Assembly (NCBI GenBank): GCA_002633005.1
Contig: NMRA01000748.1
Coordinates: 97,785-161,784 of the forward strand
Reading direction: 5' to 3'
Source of the DNA: Phoronis australis
Taxonomy: Eukaryota > Animalia > Phoronida
DNA: 64,000 nucleotides
Notes under the pieces: model-generated
The model's database searches: none
Seen by the model: the letters and a program-made list of their open reading frames with translations, nothing else
What the model was told of the DNA's origin: nothing
Position numbers and translations under genes: made by a program
Part shown: one piece after another, positions 52,761 to 63,747 of the stretch
Layout: each line of letters begins with the position of its first letter
How positions within the stretch are numbered: the stretch's first letter is position 1

Positions 52761-53125
52761 TGTATTTGCATGCTCCTAACTATGCTAATGTATAGCAGGA
52801 ACGAAACGGCAATGCTATCTGAATATTATCTACCCTAAGCAAAGTGCAGTTGTATTCATTGACATCTTGGAAATGTGAAAACACTGCAAATAGGTGACCT
52901 TTGCACTAATGACGTACCTTGGAGACTCACTTCGTAGCCAGCATCATGCAATGTTTTCAACCAACATCACGTCACGATACTTACTGGACACGGTTGAGTC
53001 GGATTTACGCGGATCATTCTCGACACAAAACTCGTTCTTTTAAAAAAACATTTGGCAATTTTCAACGTACTTCATATTCTTATCGTTGACCAAGCAATCA
53101 CAGAGATATTGGATTAGCGGTGCAA
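52761..53125 (+). repeat. Dispersed ~380-bp repeat, copy 2
   Basis: See 40752-41135. Confidence 0.85.
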
Positions 53126-53989
53126 GTTCCACTTTAAACACTTTAAAAAGTGAGTTGGAGGTTGCCGGACATTGGGTTTCTAAGGCGTACACCATTTCGC
53201 TCGAGATTTCAGTAACGGAAGAGGTCGCGACTTGGTACGAGCGCGAATTGAGTACCATGTCAAATGCTAAAATCGAGAAATGAACTTTGTAAAAAAATCT
53301 GTCGTTAATAGCATGAAAATTAGATCTATGAGAATGATAGGAGTGTTGTTTAACTTCTTTTGAACAGATATTTTGACAGCATGTGTGAATACTGTCATGC
53401 TGCAGTACGAGAAAAAAAGAACGCCGTGAATGTGAATTAATAAGTAAAGAGCCGAGATATCATAATGGTCGCCGGTTCTCTGGTTAGGACTACTTGTAAC
53501 CAATTTGGGTATATCGTTCGGTACTAATTCGTATTCTTATGCAGGAAGAATTCTTTATTGGACAAAGTCAGCTCAAAGCTGTCGAATAACGACCACTTCC
53601 CAAATATAGCAACAGAATGGCGGGATAAACGGCACTGTTTTCAAACCGGTTACCAGGTTGGTCAAATGAGACCATTAAGGCCTGATTTTTAGATTAAGCT
53701 CGTCTCTTGCAGACGACGAAAGTTAACAATAAATTATTTCGTCTTTTTTTCTTCGCCGACGGAATCCGGACACATTTGACAGTGTGGCTTTTGCAGTCAC
53801 TTAATTGTGACCCCGGCCGGGCAAGCTACTTTTGTCTCAGTAGTGGAAAATACAGAAATGTGGCCCGACCCAGTGCTGAAGGCTTGAAGCTGACTATACA
53901 TATCATTAGCTTCACTGTAGATCTACCACTGTATATCGATAATGACCCCAAGACACCTGGTCTTTTGTTTCATAATTGCCCCAAGCGTC

Positions 53990-54124
53990 TATAAGACCTT
54001 ATCCACACTGACTGCGTGCCATTTGGTTTTAGGTGACTCAGAAACGCCGTACTCATCGGCCAACCTGCAGTCAAGAAAGCGATCTTGGAATCGATAACTG
54101 TAACGGATCACCAAGACTTGCCAG
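53990..54124 (+). promoter_or_regulatory. Candidate TATA box and non-coding exon 1 of the cystine-knot gene
   Basis: TATAAGA 53990-53996, ccattt initiator-like ~30 nt downstream, TGACTCA 54034-54040, donor CAG|gtaaat at 54124/54125. The CDS has an acceptor 3 nt before its ATG, which implies an upstream exon. Confidence 0.4.
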
Positions 54125-54194
54125 GTAAATTTTTAAAAGATTGAATTATTATTTACAACCTACACCGTGCACAGATGGGAGAGCGTCAATAGCT

Positions 54195-55030
54195 TTCTGT
54201 GTGAAGGGATGGCATGTTCTCGTTTTCAGATGGATTGAACGTTTTTACGCCATCTAGTGGTCATTGTTATGAAACAAATAAACATCCCTAGAAGCACACC
54301 GTTTGCAGCGTATTCTTGGGCGCATTTCAACGCTCCACCTTGCTCTTGTTTAAATGTTTTGTTGATTTGCCACCGAGCGCCAGTGTAATATGACACATAA
54401 ATCATCCACGACTTTTCACTGATTTCAAATTTACTTTTTATTCATGTATACATCCGTTAGATACAATATTATAACACAAGTTGTTAGCTTTCTTAAACAA
54501 ACACAATACCACTCACTCACTCATGGGACCTCCCAAGACGTTCAGGACATAAAAGATCACAGGATATTCGCAATTTGTGTAGACAATTTTCTGTACATAT
54601 GGCTCAGAATCCCTTAACCTCGGGCGATGTAAGTATAATACTAAATTCAATACGATTGAATTTGAAAACTTGCCTAACAGTTCATTTAAGGGGTGAACAA
54701 GGAAGACGGGTAGGGATTTCACTCTCTCTCTTTCTCACACACACATGCACACACATACACACACACAAACACACACATGGCTGTATCTCCTAAACCGTTT
54801 ACAGGTTCTTTAATAAATTTAGCAATTGCATTTATATGATGTTGACAACGGATGACGACAACTTTCGGACGGATCTGATTACCAGTGTGCTCCCTAGTGG
54901 CAATGAGTTTTTAGGTTTACTGCTGTATCTTCAAAGGTCCTCATCGGATTTTCAGAAAATTTGGAATATAGGCATCTATTGGTGATATGATGCTATCCTC
55001 CCATTTTCTAATGGAATCGAGGTACTTTGC
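54195..55030 (+). mobile_element. HINE-A fragments in the opposite orientation (3' end 54195-54350; core monomers 54778-55030), with a (CT)n(CA)n tract 54722-54778
   Basis: tgggcgcatttcaacgctccaccttgctcttgtt ends at 54350; reverse-complement monomer blocks (ctgtatctcctaaaccgttt, gtatcttcaaaggtcctca). Confidence 0.8.
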
Positions 55031-55751
55031 CATGGCCCCTTGACCCCCCTCCCCCTCTAAATCCGCCACTGCTGTGATCCAACAAAGCACTTGGTAGAGT
55101 ATCGGGATAAACGCAAAGAAAAGCAATATTGCCTCTGGACGACTCCGCATTAGTCCGATTTTCTCTAAATACACGTCAGTTGTGCTCTCCTCAATGGAAA
55201 AACACATGCCAAAATTCTTGAAAATCCACTAAGAAACTTGTGATTGAGCCAAAGGCAAAAAATTGCCCCAGGAGGTTGCTTCAGCACTGAGTCGGACCCG
55301 TTCTAAAATCGTCGTCAGGTTTGCACTTCACAGTGGGAACACATACGACAATTTTGATAATGATCCTTCGAGTGATGTGGCTGCTGGAGAGGCAGACGCC
55401 AGTAACTAAACTGGAAAACAGTAAGATTAGCCACTACCGGGAATTTCCGAAAGTAAGCCTATGGATGGATATTCGGAAAACGACCTTTGAAAAACGTCAA
55501 ATGAAATAGAATCGAATAAACGTTTGGACGTATTTTCGCATAGAGGGGGAGGTGTATTTTCGGATCGTAAAGGGGAGGGGCATATTTTAGGAAACTATTC
55601 ACACATTTCATGATGTCGTTTTCTCAAACAAACAGTAGTTGTCAATTTTTAAATAAACATGTCCTTTTTAACGTATTGTTGTATCTAACTCGTAAGAATG
55701 TTATTCCCCCCATGTCTATGGTTTTAACGTACTGACGGTATTTTTCAGATT

Positions 55752-56345
55752 ATGGACCTTCAAAAACTTCTTTTCCTTCAAGTTATTGTTTTTACGTCAG
55801 CTGAGGTTGCCATTGACGCAGACGACTTCCAGAACTACGTAACAGTTCTCATTCCGTATTGCCCGCCGAGTAGGATTGAAAGGTCACTTGACAAGCAGGA
55901 GGCGCAAGTACGTGAACATCCTCATCATAAACTACACCTTTCTGCGTCATGGACAGAAAAGAAAAATTCAACCAAGAGCAAGTCGGCAATCCCCATGTCT
56001 ATTTTTGGTGCCACTGAAACGTCTGAACAGAACTCCAATCATTCGCTGCGGCTCAAGAGGACAGTTGCATGTCGTTATACTTCTTCTACTCTGCACTTGG
56101 GGTACTATGACATTCCTGGGGGTCTTAAGAGTGGAACGTGTGCCGGGCGTTGCGGTTTAACATCAGATTCATGTCAACCTGTAACCTATCAAGCAAAAGT
56201 TTTAACTGTGCCTAGGGACAGTTGTGTGCCACGAGACGTGCCGGAGTCTGGCAAGTTCGAAACGGCATGGACAATCAGGTACATCACCGTAACCGTTGGA
56301 TGTCAGTGCCGCTGCCGTGGACATGAATCTATAGGTTCTGCGTAA
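55752..56345 (+). CDS. Secreted cystine-knot preproprotein, Trunk/PTTH/noggin-like (197 aa, single coding exon)
   Basis: Hydrophobic N-terminus (MDLQKLLFLQVIVFTSA) and furin site RLKR. Mature domain C-x6-LHLG..IP..C-A-G-R-C..CQP..YQAKVL..SC..E..W..VTVGCQC, with knot motifs CxGxC and CxC. Acceptor ttttcag lies 3 nt before the ATG. Paralogues lie nearby. Confidence 0.88.
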   Translation: MDLQKLLFLQVIVFTSAEVAIDADDFQNYVTVLIPYCPPSRIERSLDKQEAQVREHPHHKLHLSASWTEKKNSTKSKSAIPMSIFGATETSEQNSNHSLRLKRTVACRYTSSTLHLGYYDIPGGLKSGTCAGRCGLTSDSCQPVTYQAKVLTVPRDSCVPRDVPESGKFETAWTIRYITVTVGCQCRCRGHESIGSA

Positions 56346-57090
56346 TTCCAAGTTTGGAGTCATATTCTTAGTACTTTTGCTTTGTTTTCCTGCTTGGGAG
56401 TGTTTTAAAATCTTTCCTTTTAGTTATCATTTGTAGATTATTTAGTTCACTAATTGAATACTTGGTGGCGCAGCAAAAATGATTGTTTTATACCGTTGTT
56501 TAGGACACAATGCCTCTTTTTAGCGTCAATCTTAACAACCCAGACGTGAAAGCGCGCCCATTCCAAGCATGCAGAACCGTTTGTAGTTTGGACTAACACC
56601 TCTTTTTGAAACGTAGTGGCGAATTTGTGCAAGTAGTGAATAATTGTGTAGATTGTATTTTCTTTATATTAGTTACCAAACCTGCAGATCACGTAAATCA
56701 TGTACATACTTTGTTTAGACATAAAAATATTTTTGTTCCGCGATGAAAATTAACTGGACACTTGTATAAAAATACGAAATGGAAACATATATGTACACCG
56801 ACAACATGTCAATTTCGACGGACAACGTTCAGCAAACCATGTGATTGCGCGTGGAAGAAATAGTTGAAAATTTTCCGCAGGAGCTACAAATGTTCCGTGG
56901 GGGAGACGAAGAGTTAAATCGAATACTGTAAATAAGAACTCGCGTAAAAATAAAAACAAAAACCATGCAGCACTGAAATAAGCGGGGCTATAGCCCCTCA
57001 GTCCCCAATGGTGCGCCATCCACGGAAAGAACACACGCACTTTGAATAGACGTCGAAGAAGCCAAAGCATCTTGATTTTGTCCACTTACT

Positions 57091-57185
57091 CATTTGTACC
57101 CAAAATTAAAAAACGAATAACATGTACCCATAATAAAATAACGAATAACATGTACCCATAATTAAATAACGAACAACATGTACTC
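57091..57185. repeat. 28-bp minisatellite x ~3.3
   Basis: Unit catgtacccataataaaataacgaataa at 57121 and 57149, with partial units at ~57093 and 57177. Confidence 0.9.
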
Positions 57186-57854
57186 TCATCCCCTGTTTCA
57201 TGAAAATTAAGACAGAAATTTGATTTTACACTCCACAGAACTATTTTTGAGCAAAAATGCACACTCTTAAAAAGTACATAACTGGTAGTTGCTGAGATAA
57301 TTTCAAGAAGTTATTTCTAAACTGTGATGCGCTCATAATCATGTGGCTCAGCCTTTATTTCACAACTGTCAAGTGGAATAGGAAGACCAGATTAATTAAA
57401 GTCTTAAATCACTTTCATAAAACGTACCCCTGGAAATTATGCATCACGTTGACCAAAAAACTAAAGAACGAGAGATTAGGTGTGAACTGTGGCGCACGAG
57501 TCAAAACGTAGTTCATTACGCCGCTCGATTTCGTGAGCTGTCAGTTCAAAGCTTTAACTCACTGCAGGCTGTACTGACCTCCCACCCCTTAGACTTCGTT
57601 CTCGGTTTCTGTGAAAATTTGTTCAAACACGGTTACTCAAGTACTGCCTTTCAGGGGTTCTCCCTCATCTATGGGGGGCGTAGGAAGTTGGTGCAAAACT
57701 GGCAACATTCAGAGAGAATAGGGAAGGGGGTTGAGGTTGTTGCAATAGGAATGGGGCAAAAGTTTGGTAAAGTGGACTTGGTTTGTGCCCCATCAATCAC
57801 AAACTTTATCTTGCTGCGGGCCTGTGTATCCCTGAAGATCAAACAGGTCAGAAC

Positions 57855-58090
57855 TGGATATTGGCATTTTTTGTTTTGTAGAATTTAATTCAGAACTATG
57901 CAACAGAAATGCGTGAGGCGATGTACTGACTGTTTCGACTCATAAAGTACACAGTAAAAGTTTTGACTATTAGTCTATATACCTAGAAACGCCTGCATCC
58001 CACGAGACTCGACGCGGTCTGTGGAGCACGAATTAACACGGGTTACTGAGGATAACTGGGTAATTGTAGGATGTCCAGTGCGCGTGACTA
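57855..58090 (+). pseudogene. Relic paralogue of the cystine-knot gene (mature domain only)
   Basis: Across several frameshifts: GYWHF...KCVRRCTDC/RLIKYTVKVLTI/PRNACIPRDSTRSVEHELTRVTEDNWVIVGC/QCA*. Aligns to GYYDI..TCAGRC..SCQPVTYQAKVLTVPRDSCVPRD..VTVGCQC. Confidence 0.8.
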
Positions 58091-60807
58091 TGATGACTGT
58101 CACTAGTCTGTGTAGCCAACTTGTCGTTTGTCTATATTTTGTAGTGATCTCGTTTCTCAATTACCTTTGTGGATTGTGTGTAATATTTAGTTACCTTTCA
58201 GATATGTATATGTTTTATTGTACTGTGAAATGAAAAACAAATACTTCTTTCATAATACGTACTGCGGTTTTTATCTTATAATTGTAGAACACTACTGAAA
58301 TTTAGGCGCTTTCTGCGCGCGTTACATACAGTGTTTGTTTTTTCAAGACGGTCATTGGGTGAGGAATCAGTGTAATATAAGTAAAGAAACATACACACCT
58401 TATCCACATCGTCCAAATGAAATTAAGTTTTTATAGAGAAAGCAGTTTTTACATGACGTAATACGAATTCTAAATCTTTCCAGATATTCAAAAATCTATA
58501 CTGACTCCATCGGAGTTATTAGAAAAGTATGACGTTTTCATGTAGTTAGGGGGACAATAGACGCAGATTCAGATTTCCCGAATATTTGTAGTTTGTTTGA
58601 AAAAGCTTAACAACATTGTGGTTAAATATTGAAAGACACGAAGCTTTAATAATACTGGCCAAACTTGGACATGAAGACGTACACTAGTACAACGTGAAAA
58701 GGTTAGTGAGTAAGGATTATTCAAGCATGTCTAATTTAGTGTCGTACACCTTCCAAACAACAGGGTCCAGTGGACCCTAATTTCAAGTATTCGAGGTTCA
58801 TTACACCAGTACAACAAAACGATATGAACACTAGTTGTCAAGGCCCTTGACAACTCTGTAGGCTTCTTGGCCGGAGGCATGACACGCAAACGCCGATCCT
58901 TTTCACTATTGTTCGATTGCGACACTAAACCAGACAACTATCATGACTACAATAGGATCTGCTTCTCACATTAAAAACTTCTCTTCCGCTAATTTCAAGA
59001 CATAACGTGGCATCCCGCATTACATGTGCCGTGAAATGGCAATTGCTCATATTAATAGTCACGAAAGCCGATAAAACGAACAATTCACATGGCCCACTCA
59101 CTGCTTAAGTTGTAGCGAACGCTGTGTTGATTTTAGTGTTCAACCCAGGTTGAGTTTTTGTGTTATTCATCCATGAAGAAGGCGCATGTTGAGATAATAT
59201 GTGCGTTATCTTGGACAGTACAAGAACTGTTACACATGATTAGGTAAGACACCTATCTTTTGGTCGAAAATCTCCAATCCCGGGACGAAAATTAATGTCA
59301 GGCACCACATGCCTTGAAAGCCTTGGATCACCGGTGGGGTTGTTGATACCGGTTCACCGATGATTGACAGCGGGTAAGTGCAGTTGCCAGAACCAGACTA
59401 ATCGTTTGAAACTAACAAGTTACGCCACTGTCCAGCAATTGTGTTTTTGCCACTTTGTCACTCAAATAGAATTTACCGCCATCGCTCACTTGAAGCAGAT
59501 ATAACACTTTAAATAAAAATTAAAGCAAAATTTGTGGACTTATGACAAACCGGCAAGAGCAATTTTCCATAAATTCTTTTTGAGTTATTTTTGGTCTGTT
59601 AAAATGAAAAGGGTTGCCGCCACTTCTACTTTCGAAATGCCAAGTAGTATAGTTGCTAAAATGAAAACAAAGTGAAGCATTTTTAAACTTCATTTGGCTT
59701 GTATAATACAACTCTTCGAATGAATTGTAACGATTTACACTCACAAAAATGAAAAAGATACTATTAGATTATAAAGCACTTCTTGAAAATATTTCGAAGT
59801 CACCTTTTGATGCTCAAAAGGTTGTGTGGTGGGACGGGTTCTCTCCCGTTAGCGCGAGTCACTATTCATATTCTGATGTCCATTGTGACGTCTAATTGAA
59901 GATTATTCGTTGGATAGTCATTTGTAGGCAAATATCTATGCGGGTTCTCTGAAGACCTCGTGGTTTGAGGGAGTCTCCGACAGAAGCTTGTGAAGTGTGG
60001 CTGTATCATTGGTATAAGTACAATTTATGATTAAACTGCAGTCGCTCGTCTTATCATTTATTTGTGAAACGCGCGAACCCGTGACAGTTGTAAAGCCTCG
60101 ATTACCGCTAGAACGTCATTAAAATTGCCACAGAAAGGTGAAACTCTCTTTGATTTAAAGTATAGGGACCTTTTTTCATATACAAAATATTACATTGAGA
60201 TTACAGAAATTATGAGAATTGTTAGAAAACGAATTTTAATACTGAAACATAACCCTAAATCAGTTGTTCAATCACTAAACTGTGTGTGTTTCTAGGAGCA
60301 CCTGCACTGGTTGAATGTTGTATGTATAGGTCTATGTACTTTCATTAATGACATTGTTGACGAGTAATGTTATTTTTTTAAATAAAAACAAATCAAACGC
60401 TGTAACTGTATTTAGCTTGTAGAATAGATCTGTTTCGAATACTGACATCGTGACAAAATGTATTCATTGGCAAAAAACGAAGGTTAAAGAGGAACGCTTT
60501 TTGGAAAAAAAATAGTCATTTATTTGATGTTCCAGTGGTTGTTAAGTTTTGGTTATCCGATTCAAAACACTACTGAACTGATCTTCAGACCCTAAGCGCC
60601 CACTCCTTGGGATAGCGCCCCTAATCGTTACTTCATGTCTTCCAGATATAGTTGTCCTTAGAGTTGTCTTCATAGTGGAGGAACGCCGCTTGGAGACAGA
60701 TTTACTTCAATGTGTGTGACCCAAAGTCATCTTGTCATTTGTTTATGGAAAACCAGAAAGTCCTTCAGGGCACGACCACTACATTAGTTTAACAGTGGAT
60801 CTTCCTG

Positions 60808-60957
60808 GCGTGCGTTCAGTAACGCTAGGACTTACGCTAGGACCCAGCTAAAATCTAGCCAAAGTCACGTTTTCTCATTTAAAATACACGGCAATATCTC
60901 GCGCAATCTCCCGAAGTCTTGCTTTTTAGCGAGGTCCTAGCGTTAGTGAACAGGAGG
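60808..60957. mobile_element. Short Harbinger-group MITE with CTG flanks
   Basis: IR gttcagtaacgctaggac (60814-60831) / gtcctagcgttagtgaac (60934-60951), one mismatch. CTG lies symmetrically at 60805-60807 and 60958-60960. Internal acgctaggac repeat. Confidence 0.6.
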
Positions 60958-61289
60958 CTGGCCTTGAGCTACACAGACAGCCAGGATTTTGAGTAACGGT
61001 TAAACTGAGCAATCAGGACGTATCATTCTTGACACACCTTCGTTTCCAAGCCGCCATTTTACCCGAAAAACAACAGATTGCCGGGTAAAACTGATTGTTT
61101 GTTTGTCTACATTTCGCAAGGGGCGGAGCTCACCATATGCCTATTGTCCACACTTCTACAAAACCTTAACCATCCTGGCTACATACCATTTGATTACACG
61201 AGGCAACTCACGTAGGCCAACTTGCGATCTGACGAGGTGATTTCAGAGGAAAAAGCCGTAATATACCTCAGTGACCAGCTGGTAAGTTT

Positions 61290-61594
61290 CAGTGGCGGAT
61301 CTAGGATATCATGAGGGGGGACCAACATGTTGTCTGGGGCAACAGCGAAAAGCCCGACTGCATGCGCGCAACCAAGGGGGGTGGCTCGAACTTTCGGGAA
61401 AGCGGAGATTCTGCTATCATTCGGAAGACTAAAAACCGTGGGAAACCCTCAACACATCGATGTTGTTTCTGCCTCAGGTTAATTACCGGGGTCAGTTAAT
61501 ATTTCAATATTTCGTCACGCTTTTGCCGATTTATTTTCTTCTTCGGCAGCCAAGGGGGGTTGCCGGGTCCCCTGGACCCCCCAAATTCTCTATG
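61290..61594. mobile_element. Small hAT-like MITE relic
   Basis: Starts cagtggcggatctagg; ends with a G/C-rich hairpin ggggg..gggtcc-cct-ggaccccc. A related right end (ctaaatccgccactg) lies at 55057-55071. Confidence 0.45.
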
Positions 61595-62854
61595 AGTTTA
61601 TAGTCACTATTTTCTTGAGTGCCTGCTAATTTGCAATGAGTGTGACATACACAGGAGCGTCAGTGTACAAATTCTTTCAACTAAACACGTGTTTGACTTG
61701 TTTTGAGCCATGTTCGTAAACCATGATCAATGTTAAGTTGGACTGAGTTTTCATTGCTTCACAAGACGAATGCAACAGCGTTGCGTTATGATACGTATTT
61801 TTCTTTTCCTTTTGCAGTAAAGCGAGAGTGTCATGCTCAACAAGTGTGAATTATGTGTTTTCTGTAAATTAAGGAAAAGGAAAACAAGGATTTGAAAACA
61901 AAACGTGCAATTTGCTCAATCTTCTATTTTTTGCTGAGAGAGAAACCTGTTCTGAAACATAAATTATGCAAAGCATCTTGTTTGTCTTATTTAAACAGAG
62001 TCATTCATATAGTAGTGAGAGGTGATTTCGTTCGGTACAATGCCTTTCCTCTGAATCTACAATTTCTCTTAATTATTACCAATAAACTATTATTAAATTT
62101 TACGCCTTAATAAAATACTTTCTAGCGTTTTCTGGGATTTACTACAATTATTTTGATATATATACTTTTCGTCATTAACAGTAAAAACATATGTGACGTT
62201 TAATGCTTAATTCTCATTTACTTATATCAAATTGTTCAAGATATTTAGAAGTACAAGCGCATCCCTGCCTAATGATCAATTTCTAACTTCATAAAAATGG
62301 AGGCTCAAAGTTGAAGTAAAAATGTCACCGTCTTATTTCACAGCCATCACAGTTTAGTTAGTGTAACACTTTTTTGGGCCGAAACACATTTTTGAAATTA
62401 CTGTTGGTAAAATGTTATAAGCTTTGACGAAAGCAATAGAACAAAAGATGTTTCTGTCATTTAATTACAAATCGAGAATTCTCGCTATTGCTTGCCGGTC
62501 AATCACCAATATCCATGCCAATTAATGCTCCCCGCATTAAACCGGTTCATTTTTGAAAAAAGTAAAATTGATTTAGGACACTTTAAACAATAAAATCTGT
62601 CTCAAAATGTTTTTTAGTTAAACTGGATATGACTTCGGGGCTTCAGCCAAATAAATGACTGTTCGGTTAACTTCAAACCAAGCTCATAAAATTTCAGACT
62701 TTTCAATAGCTAGGACCGAAGAAATAATGAATTTCCATTTCTGCTAGAGCCCAGAAATCACTTCCAAAATGGGCAGGGGATAAAAGAACATGACCTAATT
62801 TTATAACGGCGTCTCGTCTATGTAATGCCTAATACGCTGGCGTATTTTCAGAGT

Positions 62855-63010
62855 ATGGATGTTCAACGATGTATTGTATTTCAAGTGATGATCTTCGCAT
62901 CTTGTGCTGCTCTTGACATCAACATTAATCAGAGATCTTTATCCCTTTTTAACCCATATTGCGGGACTGAGAGGTCACGTGCCAAGCGCGAGGAGCAAGA
63001 AAATAGCTAG
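62855..63010 (+). CDS. Truncated duplicate of the paralogue's 5' part: open 51-aa signal peptide plus short propeptide
   Basis: ttttcag|agtATG; MDVQRCIVFQVMIFASCAALDININQRSLSLFNPYCGTERSRAKREEQENS*. It is the first unit of a 297-bp tandem duplication (62705-63001 / 63002-63295). Confidence 0.5.
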   Translation: MDVQRCIVFQVMIFASCAALDININQRSLSLFNPYCGTERSRAKREEQENS

Positions 63011-63145
63011 GACCGAAGAAATAATGAAGTTCCATTTCCACCCAGAAATCGCTTCCAAAATGGACAGGGAACAAACGAATATGACCTAATTTTATAATGA
63101 TGTCTCGTCTATGTAATGCCCAATACAGTGGACTATTTTCAGAAT

Positions 63146-63747
63146 ATGGACGTTCAACGATGTCTTTTAGTTCAAACGATAATTATGGCATCTTGTCCTG
63201 CCCTTGTGATTAACATTAATCAGAGATCTTAATCACTTCTTGTCCCATATTGCGGGACTGAGAGGTAACGTGACAAGCGCGAGGATCAAGAAAATCAAAG
63301 CTTCGATCGTAAACAACACAATTCCGCTGTACGAACTGAAATGTATACTTCAAGCAGAATGCAATCAACCATCCCAATGGCTGTTTTTGGCGCCCCCAAT
63401 ACTTCTAACTCCGGCCATTCCATTCGGCCCAAAAGACAACCCTTACAGACAAGAGGATGTCGATTTATTGATGGTTCATAGGCTATGTTTATGGGACATT
63501 GGAGCTTCCCGGAATGTTTACAGGACGCTGTGGTTTGTCATCACTAGAGTGTCGACCCTTAGAGTACAGACAAAGAGCTATGACTTTATCGCCAAATACC
63601 TGCATCCCACGAAACGCATCGTGGTCTATCGAGTACGAATTACACTGGACCGCACTGCACATCTGGGTAACTGCTGGATGTCAGTGCGGGCTTTCGACGG
63701 CCATGACGACGACTCCCATTAGATGCGCGCAGCAGCTTGTCCTTTAA
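63146..63747 (+). pseudogene. Near-full-length pseudogenised paralogue of the cystine-knot gene
   Basis: ttttcag|aatATG; MDVQRCLLVQ..PYCG..IPMAVFGA..HSIRPKR..GCRF..MGHWSFP/GMFTGRCGLSSLECRPLEYRQRAMTLSPNTCIPRN..ELHW..VTAGCQC. Stops at 63230, 63266 and 63479; frameshifting deletion ~63510; knot Cys2 changed to Phe; AATAAA at 63972. Confidence 0.9.

Noticed and set aside
55752-56345. TGF-beta/BMP or neurotrophin identity
   Set aside because: The prodomain is short, the TGF-beta W..W/P.GY and CC motifs are absent, and the Cys spacing and KVL..SC..W pattern fit Trunk/PTTH/noggin-like better. No gene symbol assigned.
57439-57888. 149-aa ORF as a gene
   Set aside because: No recognisable domain; only its last codons (GYWHF) belong to the paralogue relic.
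58861-58974. MTRKRRSFSLLFDCDTKPDNYHDYNRICFSH as a neuropeptide or another paralogue
   Set aside because: No signal peptide, no convincing acceptor and no similarity to the cluster; RKRR is probably chance.
63240-63722. 160-aa ORF as a gene
   Set aside because: It is an off-frame shadow of the cystine-knot pseudogene; the homology lies in the other two frames.
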